Source: Gemmatimonadota bacterium
GTDB taxonomy: Bacteria; JBHIER01; G020348925
DNA length: 64,000 bases
NCBI GenBank assembly: GCA_020348925.1
Contig: CP070758.1
Span: 2,433,688-2,497,687, forward strand
Reading direction: 5' to 3'
Shown: piece after piece, positions 11,167 through 19,694 of the stretch
Numbering within the stretch: position 1 is the first letter of the stretch
Layout: each line of letters opens with the position of its first letter
Notes under the pieces: generated by a model
The model's input: the letters and a program-made list of their open reading frames with translations, nothing else
What the model was told of the DNA's origin: nothing
Database searches by the model: none
Position numbers and translations under genes: made by a program

Positions 11167-11201
11167 GACCCAGGCGTAATCGACGGAAGGAGTGAACGAC
11201 A

Positions 11202-11756
11202 ATGACCTGCTCTGAGAGTGAAACCGCCTTGAAATATCCGATTGGCCGTTTCACGGTAGAACATCTGGAGAAGCAGACCGACCCGGCGACTCGGCAGCTG
11301 CGGATCGAATCCCTTGCGAAGACTCCATCCTTGTTCGAGTGTGCTGTTGCGGGTTTGACTGAGGAGCAACAGAACGTTCCATACCGTCCGGGCGGGTGGA
11401 GTATACGCCAAGTGGTCCATCATATGGCGGACAGCCATCTCCAAGCATATGCGGTCTTCAAGATGACGCTCACAACTGATAAGCCGTTGCTCCGGATGTA
11501 TGACTGTGCGGCTTGGGGGGAGTTCGTGGATGCGCGCACCGGTCCGGTGGCCGCGTCACTCTCGCTCCTGTCGGGTGTTCACGCGCGATGGGACTTACTT
11601 CTGCATTCCATGGATGTTGAGGGGTTCTCGCGCTCTTTCGAGCGCCCAGAATGGGGTGGGCTGATTACCCTGGACAACTTCCTTCAGATGTTGGACTGGC
11701 ACCATCGCCATCACCTGGCGCAGGTCACGAATGTGAGGCACAAGCAAGGGCGGTGA
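11202..11756 (+). CDS. DinB/YfiT-family thiol (bacillithiol) transferase-like protein; probable gene cassette
   Basis: LKYPIG, YRPGGWSIRQVVHHMADSH, HARW and WHHRHHLAQ motifs. Confidence 0.88.
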   Translation: MTCSESETALKYPIGRFTVEHLEKQTDPATRQLRIESLAKTPSLFECAVAGLTEEQQNVPYRPGGWSIRQVVHHMADSHLQAYAVFKMTLTTDKPLLRMYDCAAWGEFVDARTGPVAASLSLLSGVHARWDLLLHSMDVEGFSRSFERPEWGGLITLDNFLQMLDWHHRHHLAQVTNVRHKQGR

Positions 11757-11771
11757 GCGCCACTGTGGGCC

Positions 11772-11850
11772 ACCTCACATGCGCCTGAAGCTGGTGAGCA
11801 CTGGATTTTAAAGGAACGTCGTTGGTTTGTTGGCACGGCAGCATCACTGT
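11772..11850 (+). mobile_element. Left half of a degenerate long attC-like site
   Basis: ACCTCAC-ATGCG-CCTGAAGC resembles R''-spacer-L'' and lies 16 nt after the stop codon. No right half is found before the repeat at 11891. Confidence 0.45.
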
Positions 11851-11890
11851 TGACCGACGCATCAAGAAGCCGGGGAAAGTTCCCTACTCA

Positions 11891-12039
11891 CGAGGGTCAG
11901 GGCTTAACTTCTAAATTTTGAGAGTACAAAGGGACACTCCTCGTAGAAGGGGGAGAGGAGTCGTCTCTTTGATTTCATTTTTACAGTAGAATCCCATGAA
12001 GGGTGCTGAGAAAAATTTATTTTATAGAGTTGACCCTCG
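11891..12039. repeat. Copy 2 of the ~150-bp MITE/REPIN-like element
   Basis: Ends CGAGGGTCA...TGACCCTCG form a perfect 9-bp inverted repeat extending imperfectly to ~25 bp; collinear with copy 3. Confidence 0.85.
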
Positions 12040-12220
12040 GAGACGGCTTCGTTTAACATGGTTTTACCCGCAATTGAGTGTGATTGGAGAAGGATTCGGA
12101 TGTTATCCACAGACTCTTCCATTCAGTCTGCTTCGAATGAACTCTTCCTGCTCAACTGCCGATAAAATCCTGAGTGTTAAACGTTGCTCGCAAGATTTCC
12201 AGTCAGAGAGGAGGCATATC

Positions 12221-12607
12221 ATGGCAATCCGAATTGTGCGTCTCGGAACCGATAGGTTCAGGGGAGAAGGACTACGCATCGGGACGGTCAGGCGTCCGCC
12301 ACGTGGCGTGCCCAAGAGCGAATACGCATCCCAAAATTGGTATGACGTGTGGCTCCCAAACGTTGCACCAACCCACGAACTCATGAAACTGGGGCGGGCT
12401 GCTGAATCCGAGAAAGATTGGAATGTATTTGCCAGGAAATATCGCGCTGAGATGGCCGATCCTGAAAAGAGCAGGATTCTTGATCTCCTTGCCGCGCTGT
12501 CTCACGACGCAAACTTCTCTGTGGGTTGTTACTGCGAGAACGAGGCGCGCTGTCACAGGTCCATCCTGCGCGAGCTGTTGGCCCAGAGAGAGGCTCAGCT
12601 CGAATGA
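12221..12607 (+). CDS. DUF488/YeaO-family protein; probable gene cassette
   Basis: GLRIGTVRRPPRGV, W...AP and GCYCENEARCHRS motifs; GAGGAGG RBS before ATG 12221. Confidence 0.88.
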   Translation: MAIRIVRLGTDRFRGEGLRIGTVRRPPRGVPKSEYASQNWYDVWLPNVAPTHELMKLGRAAESEKDWNVFARKYRAEMADPEKSRILDLLAALSHDANFSVGCYCENEARCHRSILRELLAQREAQLE

Positions 12608-12633
12608 GTCTGAAAGGGGCGCAGCACAACAGG

Positions 12634-12691
12634 GCCCACCCCCCTGCTGCAGTTGACTCGCTATGGCTCGCAACAGAACAGCCCGTTCGGC
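12634..12691 (+). mobile_element. Degenerate attC-like site (58 bp)
   Basis: GCCCACC-5nt-GCTGCAGT ... ACAGAAC-5nt-GTTCGGC has the same spacing and length as the 11109 site. Confidence 0.65.
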
Positions 12692-12712
12692 GTACTGGAG
12701 AAGTGGGATTGC

Positions 12713-12814
12713 ATGAAAATACGATACGCTATCGATCCAGAGTGCGGAGAACCTCACATTTTTTAAGCACGCGGAATCTGAAGCCGAAGGAGAAGATGTT
12801 TGACAGGGTCCAGC
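12713..12814 (+). pseudogene. Frameshifted 5' fragment of a small cassette gene resembling BrnT/DUF4258-like toxins
   Basis: MKIRYAIDPECGEPHIF, then after a +1 shift KHAESEAEGEDV*; cut by repeat copy 3. Family assignment is from recalled similarity only. Confidence 0.45.
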
Positions 12815-12816
12815 CA

Positions 12817-12966
12817 CGAGGGTCAGGGCTTGAATTTTAAATTTTGACAGTACAGGGAGCCTCCCTTGTAATGGGTCGAAAGGAGCCATCCCTTTGATTT
12901 CATTTTTTGCAGAAGAGTTCCATGAAGAGTGCGGGGAAATATATTGTTTTGAAGGGGTGATCCTCA
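12817..12966. repeat. Copy 3 of the ~150-bp MITE/REPIN-like element
   Basis: Begins cgagggtcagggcttgaattttaaattttg (near-identical to copy 2) and ends tgatcctca. Confidence 0.85.
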
Positions 12967-13100
12967 TAGACTTTACAAAAAGTCGGCCCTGTCTGTTTCG
13001 TGCGCAGTATCTGGGAGCTTTTCGAAGCGGAGCAATAAGGGGTGGCCTCATTGAAATCGGTCGATCAAACTTTTGTCTGCGAGTCTTCAAGAAAACCTTC

Positions 13101-13129
13101 TTGACATCATAGATCATGAGCGCTATAAT
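13101..13129 (+). promoter_or_regulatory. Consensus sigma70 promoter upstream of the PfpI-like gene and fhs
   Basis: TTGACA-17 bp-TATAAT, exact match. Confidence 0.85.
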
Positions 13130-13302
13130 ATGGACAAAAAGAAAATGCATCGTCAACCCGTTCTCAACCTCCATGTGAGAGCGGACATTTGGAATGGTAA
13201 CGAGTTTCCGTCGGTGTTTACGTCCCCAAACAGCGTTTGGGAAGGGTGGCGTAGCCGTAACCAAAGAGCGTAATCCGGGAGTCAACACATAAGGAGAGCG
13301 AC

Positions 13303-13842
13303 ATGCGGTTGCAAGGGAAAAGAGCGATTGTCCTCGTTGAAAACCAGTACCAGGAGCTTGAAGTCTGGTATCCTTACTACCGGTTAAAGGAGGAGGGGGT
13401 TGAGGTTTTTCTGGTGGGATCGGGGAGTGCGACGGTCTATTCCAGTAAGGTTGGATATCCGGCCGAAGCGGATGTATCTGCCGATGAAGTGAATATTGCG
13501 AAGTTCGATGCCGTCATTATACCAGGTGGCTACGCACCCGATTTCATGCGACGATACCCGGCCATGGTCAAGCTGGTCAAGGACGCATACGATCAGGGTA
13601 AGATTGTTGCTGCCATTTGTCATGCCGGGTGGATGCTCGTCTCGGCCGGTATTCTCGAAGGGAAAAAGGTGACGTGTTTCTTTGCCATCAAGGATGATGT
13701 GATCAATGCCGTTGCAGAATACGTGGACGAGGAAGTTGTCAGGGACGGCCGGTTGATCACGTCGCGCAAACCCGATGATCTGCCCGCCTTCTGTCGGGAA
13801 CTTATTGCGGCTTTGGAGGGAGAAGGGAAGAGGAGGAAATAG
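13303..13842 (+). CDS. DJ-1/PfpI-family (type 1 glutamine amidotransferase-like) protein
   Basis: YQELE..YP, IPGG.APD, AICHAGW and ITSRKPDD motifs. Confidence 0.93.
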   Translation: MRLQGKRAIVLVENQYQELEVWYPYYRLKEEGVEVFLVGSGSATVYSSKVGYPAEADVSADEVNIAKFDAVIIPGGYAPDFMRRYPAMVKLVKDAYDQGKIVAAICHAGWMLVSAGILEGKKVTCFFAIKDDVINAVAEYVDEEVVRDGRLITSRKPDDLPAFCRELIAALEGEGKRRK

Positions 13843-13988
13843 AAGGGGAGATTTGGGAAGAGTGGGGATTGGAAGATATGCCAGAGCGTCTAAGATCCAA
13901 AGAAGAGTGAGAAATAGAAAAGCCCTCTTTGCCCTCTCGCACATGTGATGTCCTCTTATTCCCTCTTCACCCCTCTTCATGGTGGAAC

Positions 13989-15659
13989 ATGAAATCAGAT
14001 ATCGAAATAGCCCAGGCAGCGCACCTTAAGCCCATACGGGAGGTGGCCGCCAGCGCAGGAATCCTGGAGGAGGAAGTCATTCTCTGCGGAAACCATAAGG
14101 CCAAAATTTCCCTGAATCTTCTTGAGCGTTTGAAATCCAAAGGGGATGGTAAACTTGTCGTCATTACGGCGATGACACCGACGGCCTTGGGTGAGGGAAA
14201 AACCACAACGGCTGTCGGGCTGTCCATGGCATTGACCAGACTCGGTATCTCCTCCATTGTTACTCTGAGAGAACCATCCTTGGGACCGGTGTTCGGTTTG
14301 AAGGGGGGAGCTGCCGGTGGGGGGTCTGCCCAGGTCCTCCCCATGGAGGAGATCAATCTTCATTTTACCGGCGATATGCATGCCGTTACGAGCGCCCACA
14401 ATCTTGTCTCGGCCGTGATCGATAATCATATCTATCAGGGCAATGCCATGGATATCGATCCGACGCAAGTGGTGTTTCCCAGGGCCATGGACATGAACGA
14501 TCGGGCCTTACGAGATATCGTCGTTGCCCTGGGTGGGACTCGGCACGGCATTCCACGGGAGGATGCATTCATTATCACGGCCGCTTCCGAAGTCATGGCC
14601 GTGCTCTCGCTGTCAGAAAGTCTCGGGGAACTGAAAGAACGGTTGGGCTCGATCATTGTGGCGTTTACACGGCGGGGAGAACCTGTCACCGTTGAAGATC
14701 TTGCCATTCGCGGCGCCGTAGCCGCACTCTTGAAAAATGCCCTGCAGCCGAACCTGGTACAGACCGTTGAACACACCCCCGCTTTCGTCCATTGCGGTCC
14801 TTTCGCCAATATCGCCCACGGCACGAACAGCGTGGTCGCCACGAAGATGGCGCTCAAACTCGCCGATGTCGTGGTGACAGAAACCGGTTTCGGCTCCGAT
14901 CTGGGTGCTGAGAAGTTTTTCCACATCGTCGCACCCCGGGCGGGTTTTCGCGTTCATTGTGTCGTGATTGTGGCTTCCCTGCGAGCTTTGAAGCTCCACG
15001 GAGGCGCCTCAAAAGAACAGATGGGTAAAACATCGATTGCTGCCTTAGAGATGGGTCTGCCCAATCTTCTGCGGCATCTTGAAAACATGAATAAATTTGG
15101 GGTGCCGACAGTGGTCGCCCTCAATAGGTTCCCCGGCGATTCCGATGAAGAAGTGAGGTTCTTTACCGAGTACTGTTCCGAGAAAAATATCCCCTCCGCC
15201 GTGTCGGAAGTGTTCGAGAGAGGGGGGCCAGGGGGGCGCGAATTGGCCCATCTTGTGCATGAGCGGGTCAAGACAAGCGACGGTACGTTTTCGAAACTGT
15301 ACACCTCGAATATTGCCGTCGAGGAGAAGATCAATACAATTGCCAGAGAGATTTACCGGGCCGAGGACATTGTGTATCAGCTTCAGGCCAAGAGAGATGT
15401 TCGGAGAATTGTGGACCTGGGTCTTGATCATCTGCCTGTATGTATGGCGAAAACGCCTCGATCTTTTTCTGATGATCCGAAGATATATGGGGCTCCTGAG
15501 GGCTTTTCCGTGACCATTCGCAAAGTGAGCATCTCTGCGGGAGCTGGATTTTTGGTGCCGATAGCGGGTGACATCATGTTGATGCCCGGCCTCCCGAAAC
15601 ACCCTGCGGCGATGGACATGGATCTCGATGAGGGGGATATGATTTCAGGGCTCTTCTAA
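13989..15659 (+). CDS. fhs: Formate--tetrahydrofolate ligase
   Basis: MKSDIEIAQ, TP..GEGKTT, KGGAAGGG, NLHFTGD, GPFANIAHG and MPGLP motifs. Confidence 0.97.
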   Translation: MKSDIEIAQAAHLKPIREVAASAGILEEEVILCGNHKAKISLNLLERLKSKGDGKLVVITAMTPTALGEGKTTTAVGLSMALTRLGISSIVTLREPSLGPVFGLKGGAAGGGSAQVLPMEEINLHFTGDMHAVTSAHNLVSAVIDNHIYQGNAMDIDPTQVVFPRAMDMNDRALRDIVVALGGTRHGIPREDAFIITAASEVMAVLSLSESLGELKERLGSIIVAFTRRGEPVTVEDLAIRGAVAALLKNALQPNLVQTVEHTPAFVHCGPFANIAHGTNSVVATKMALKLADVVVTETGFGSDLGAEKFFHIVAPRAGFRVHCVVIVASLRALKLHGGASKEQMGKTSIAALEMGLPNLLRHLENMNKFGVPTVVALNRFPGDSDEEVRFFTEYCSEKNIPSAVSEVFERGGPGGRELAHLVHERVKTSDGTFSKLYTSNIAVEEKINTIAREIYRAEDIVYQLQAKRDVRRIVDLGLDHLPVCMAKTPRSFSDDPKIYGAPEGFSVTIRKVSISAGAGFLVPIAGDIMLMPGLPKHPAAMDMDLDEGDMISGLF

Positions 15660-15919
15660 GCGGAGGACGGCTGATTCCTGGGTAGCGTGGCTTGGCCGTA
15701 CAAAATGATTTTAATGCGGTGAGGTCTCTTTTTACACGTCTTTCGTTTTTTTGTAGATTCTTGTTGACAGGGGGCGGTGCAAAGATTATTTTTGCGGCCA
15801 ATAGGTTTCGAACTTTTGTTTCGGGTCAGATGGGATTCTGGAGGAGTTCTACAGACGGAATCTGATGAGAGTTCATATGTATAAAACAGGCTACACTATT
15901 TTTATTCGCAGGAGGTGAG

Positions 15920-16111
15920 ATGATGAGAGCTACAGTCGATGCAGATCTGTGCACGGGGTGTGAACTCTGCGTAGAAACTTGTCCGGAGATTTTTGAAATG
16001 CAGGGTGACGTAGCCGTAGCGACGGTGGATGTGATTCCCGTCGATGCGGTTGAGAGCGCCAGGGAAGCTGCTGAAGAGTGTCCTGTTGAGGCGATCACTC
16101 TTGAGGAATAA
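15920..16111 (+). CDS. Monocluster [4Fe-4S]/[3Fe-4S] ferredoxin
   Basis: CTGCELC..TCP ... CPVEAI; GGAGGT RBS. Confidence 0.93.
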   Translation: MMRATVDADLCTGCELCVETCPEIFEMQGDVAVATVDVIPVDAVESAREAAEECPVEAITLEE

Positions 16112-16278
16112 CATCGCTCATATGTACCCAATTCGTTGTTGAACAAGAAGACACAAGTATCCTCTCACATATGTGATCCTTGCTCGGTATCGTTTTCGAA
16201 CCTGGAGCTCATGTGTGACCACGAAGATATCCGTGTCTGATACCGAACCGATCTGAGGAGAAAGGTCTCTATTTCTGA

Positions 16279-16320
16279 ACACCGCCCTGCTACATTCGTC
16301 GTAGCGGGGCGGTGTGTTTT
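16279..16320 (+). terminator. Terminator-like hairpin just upstream of the RNR gene
   Basis: acaccgccctgctac/gtagcggggcggtgt forms a 15-bp stem with one G-U pair, followed by GTTTT. Confidence 0.55.
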
Positions 16321-16356
16321 GAAGCGTTCGAATTTCAGTATGATTCTGGGCGGCCC

Positions 16357-18441
16357 ATGAAAAAGTTTACGCACATCCGCAAACGAGACGGGCGACTCCA
16401 GTCGTTCCAGCGCAAGAAAATCACGGCAGCCATCGATGCGGCGCTCAAAGAAGTGGGGATGGCGGATCACGCTCTGGCCGATGCGCTCTCCCGTGAAACC
16501 GTCGATCACCTGCAGGCGAAAAATTTCGCAAAGGTCATTGACCTGGAAAAAGTCCAGGACGCTGTGGAGCACGTGCTCGTCCGGAAGGATCTTACGGATG
16601 CAGCCAAAGCTTACATTCTCTCTCGTCAGAGGCACGCTGATGCCCGTCTGGTGAAAAGGATTTTGGGCGTCGAGGACGAGCTCAAGTTGAGTCTCAATGC
16701 CATTCGAGTCTTGGAAAGACGATATTTGGCGAAGGATACTCACGGTCGGATCGTTGAGAGCCCGTTGGGTATGTTTCAGCGTGTCGCCAGGGCTGTCGCT
16801 GAGCCTGATTTGGATTTTGGAGGGCGAAGTGCTGCGGCCGAGGCGGAAGGAAAATTTCTGGCGCTCATGGCCGATCTCGAATTTTTCCCCAACTCACCCA
16901 CCCTCATGAATGGAGGCACGGACGTCGGGCAATTGGCCGCCTGTTTCACGCTGCCCGTCGATGATTCGATGGAGAGTATCTTCGGAACGTTGAAACATAT
17001 GGCCCTCATCCACCAGTCCGGCGGCGGAACAGGATTTTCCTTCAGTCACATAAGACCGAAAGGTGACGTCGTTCAATCGACCCAGGGCATCGCATCCGGT
17101 CCTGTCTCTTTTATGTCCATTTACGATGCAGCCACAGATGTCATTCGCCAGGGGGGGCGTCGCCGCGGTGCAAATATGGGCATACTCAGGATTGATCACC
17201 CTGATATCATGGATTTTATCAATGCCAAACGAAACGGTAATGCCTTTCGAAATTTCAATCTGTCCGTCGCCGTGACAGATGCTTTCATGAACTGTCTGCG
17301 GCGAAACGGTATGTTTTCTCTGGTCAACCCGCGAACGAGGAAAGTCCAGGGACATGTGAGAGCGCGGGAGATCTTTCGCTCGATGGTCACGAGCGCTTGG
17401 GAAATGGGTGACCCGGGGGTGCTCTTCATTGATACCGTGAATCGCAGGAATCCAACCCCGGCCCTGGGAAAAATGGAGAGCACGAATCCCTGCGGGGAAG
17501 TCCCTCTGCTGCCCTACGAGAGTTGCAATTTAGGATCGATAAATTTGGCCAGGATGGTTTGCGATGGGGCCATCGACTGGCAAAAGCTGGAGCGAGTCGT
17601 TCGGACGGCCGTGCATTTTCTTGACAATGTCATCGAAGCAAATTCGTTTCCTCTTCCTCAGATTGAATCCGTGACCAAGACGAACCGTAAAATCGGTCTC
17701 GGCGTCATGGGGCTTGCCGACTTGTTTCTGTTACTCGGTGTCCCGTATCATTCTGAGGAGGCGCGCAAGATCGGGACGAACATAATGAAATTCATTACCC
17801 AAAAAGCTCGGAACGCTTCAGCCGACCTGGGGCGCACGCGCGGATCCTTTCCCCATTTTCAAAAGAGCATTTGGCCGAAACGCGGTTTTGACGCTCTGCG
17901 GAATGCAACCACCACCACGATTGCCCCAACCGGAACCATCAGCCTCATAGCCGGCGCCTCCAGCGGCATTGAACCGCTCTTTGCTCTGTCCTTTCGCCGC
18001 TATATCATGGAGGGGACGGAACTGCAGGAGGTTCATCCTATTTTTGAACGGATGTTGAGAGAGCGCAATATTTACAGTCAGGATCTTTTGGCCGAAGTGG
18101 CGCACACAGGATCCATAAGGGGGATCAAGACCCTGCCCAGAGATGTGCGGAACCTTTTTGTGACGAGTATGGATATCTCGCCCAAGGAGCATGTGACCAT
18201 GCAGGCGAGTTTCCAGCGATTTGTGGACAATGCGGTATCGAAAACGGTCAATCTGCCTCAGAACGCCACGCTTGATCACGTTCGGCACATCTATCATCTC
18301 GCATACACATTGAAATGCAAGGGTATTACGGTCTACCGCTTCGGCAGTAAGCGGGGGCAGCCCGTGTCTTGGGGGCGACCGGAGCTTGCCTTGGAACCTG
18401 AGGAGACGGGGGCATGCTCGCCGGAAAGGTGTTTTTATTGA
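16357..18441 (+). CDS. nrdJ: Class II (adenosylcobalamin-dependent) ribonucleotide reductase with an N-terminal ATP cone
   Basis: KRDG ATP cone, PNSPTLMN, QLAACF, QGGRRRGANM, TNPCGE.PL, CNLGSINL, IAPTGTIS and a C-terminal Cys pair; no adjacent beta subunit. Confidence 0.92.
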   Translation: MKKFTHIRKRDGRLQSFQRKKITAAIDAALKEVGMADHALADALSRETVDHLQAKNFAKVIDLEKVQDAVEHVLVRKDLTDAAKAYILSRQRHADARLVKRILGVEDELKLSLNAIRVLERRYLAKDTHGRIVESPLGMFQRVARAVAEPDLDFGGRSAAAEAEGKFLALMADLEFFPNSPTLMNGGTDVGQLAACFTLPVDDSMESIFGTLKHMALIHQSGGGTGFSFSHIRPKGDVVQSTQGIASGPVSFMSIYDAATDVIRQGGRRRGANMGILRIDHPDIMDFINAKRNGNAFRNFNLSVAVTDAFMNCLRRNGMFSLVNPRTRKVQGHVRAREIFRSMVTSAWEMGDPGVLFIDTVNRRNPTPALGKMESTNPCGEVPLLPYESCNLGSINLARMVCDGAIDWQKLERVVRTAVHFLDNVIEANSFPLPQIESVTKTNRKIGLGVMGLADLFLLLGVPYHSEEARKIGTNIMKFITQKARNASADLGRTRGSFPHFQKSIWPKRGFDALRNATTTTIAPTGTISLIAGASSGIEPLFALSFRRYIMEGTELQEVHPIFERMLRERNIYSQDLLAEVAHTGSIRGIKTLPRDVRNLFVTSMDISPKEHVTMQASFQRFVDNAVSKTVNLPQNATLDHVRHIYHLAYTLKCKGITVYRFGSKRGQPVSWGRPELALEPEETGACSPERCFY

Positions 18442-18555
18442 GTTGAAGATTTCAAAGCCACGGAGGCGCGGAGAGGCGCACTGTTGCGCAGAAGAGAGAT
18501 CGAAACGGATGTGTGCCGATTCCCTCGGAGAAAACGGATGTGTCGGGAGGTATCA

Positions 18556-19347
18556 TTGAATCTCGGTTTAAAGGGCAGGACGGCTGTTGTCGGAGGTGCG
18601 AGCCAGGGACTGGGCCGGGCGGTGGCCCTGGCCCTGGCACAGGAAGGCATAACCGTTGCTCTGTCCGCCCGCAACGAAGATCGTTTGAGGGATACAGCCG
18701 AGGAGATAGAAAAGACCACGGGTGTTCAGGCTCTCCCCATCCGGGCCGATCACACACAATATGCTGACATCAAAAGAATCGTTGAGCAGACCATCACGAC
18801 CTTTGGACGGATCGATATCCTCTTCACGAATACAGGTGGACCTACTCCCGGGACCTTTTTCGATTTCGATGACCGTCAGTGGCAGGCGGCTTACGAGCAA
18901 CTCTTGCTGTATGTCGTGCGGATGTGTCGCGAGGTTATACCTCACATGAAGAGACAGAGATGGGGGCGCATTATCAACAATGCGTCTGTGGCCGTCAAGG
19001 AGCCCTATGAGGATCTGTTACTGTCCAACGTTTTTCGTGTGGGTGTTACCAGCTTGGGCAAGACCCTTTCCAGACAGATGGCCCAATACAACGTTCTCAT
19101 AAACACGCTCTGCCCTGGGTTTACCCGGACGGAGCGGGCTATGGCACTGCTTCAAAGACGGGCGGAGGCTCGTAATATTTCATTGGAAGATATGGAGAAA
19201 ATAACTGTGAGCGAAATCCCGGTCGGTTTTATACCCTATCCGGAGGGCGTCGCCAGCCTGGTTGTCTTTTTGGCCTCAGAGCGAGCGTCCAGTCTGACAG
19301 GTACGACCATTCAAATTGATGGAGGCCATACGAGGGGTCTTCTTTAG
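18556..19347 (+). CDS. Short-chain dehydrogenase/reductase
   Basis: GGASQGLG, NTGGP, LSNVFR and IDGG motifs; GGGAGG before TTG 18556. Confidence 0.92.
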   Translation: MNLGLKGRTAVVGGASQGLGRAVALALAQEGITVALSARNEDRLRDTAEEIEKTTGVQALPIRADHTQYADIKRIVEQTITTFGRIDILFTNTGGPTPGTFFDFDDRQWQAAYEQLLLYVVRMCREVIPHMKRQRWGRIINNASVAVKEPYEDLLLSNVFRVGVTSLGKTLSRQMAQYNVLINTLCPGFTRTERAMALLQRRAEARNISLEDMEKITVSEIPVGFIPYPEGVASLVVFLASERASSLTGTTIQIDGGHTRGLL

Positions 19348-19406
19348 GACGTCGGAGCTCCCGATGCGGTTCAATCGTACAACTCCCAAAAGGAAAAAAG
19401 AGAAAG

Positions 19407-19649
19407 ATGTCCCTTGAGATCATAGGTCTTTTGGTGGGTGCGGCCATAATTGTTATTGAAACAATTATTCTGGCGATGTTGGTGCATCACCTCAGAAAAT
19501 TGAATGAGCATACAATGAAATTGGATTTTCACGTGAAGAAACTTGATACGTATTTTGATGAGCTTCATGAACACGCGCACTATTTGGAGAAAAATGTGGA
19601 TCGCCTATGTTCCTGTGTTCTTCCTTCGGAAGAAGCCGAGGGAAATTGA
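19407..19649 (+). CDS. Small membrane-anchored His-rich coiled-coil protein of unknown function
   Basis: N-terminal hydrophobic helix followed by a heptad-like His-rich segment; sits between co-oriented genes. Confidence 0.6.
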   Translation: MSLEIIGLLVGAAIIVIETIILAMLVHHLRKLNEHTMKLDFHVKKLDTYFDELHEHAHYLEKNVDRLCSCVLPSEEAEGN

Positions 19650-19694
19650 GAGGGAACCGCTCTGTCCAAGACGGTCGAAACAAAGGAGTAAACC

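Noticed and set aside
12103-12111. Perfect DnaA box TTATCCACA
   Set aside because: It is a single isolated box with no cluster or origin-associated genes.
11996-12220. N-terminal extension of the DUF488 ORF
   Set aside because: It begins inside the repeat element, and a strong RBS precedes ATG 12221.
10210-12966. CRISPR array
   Set aside because: The repeats are ~150 bp, diverged and separated by gene-sized segments; no cas genes are present.
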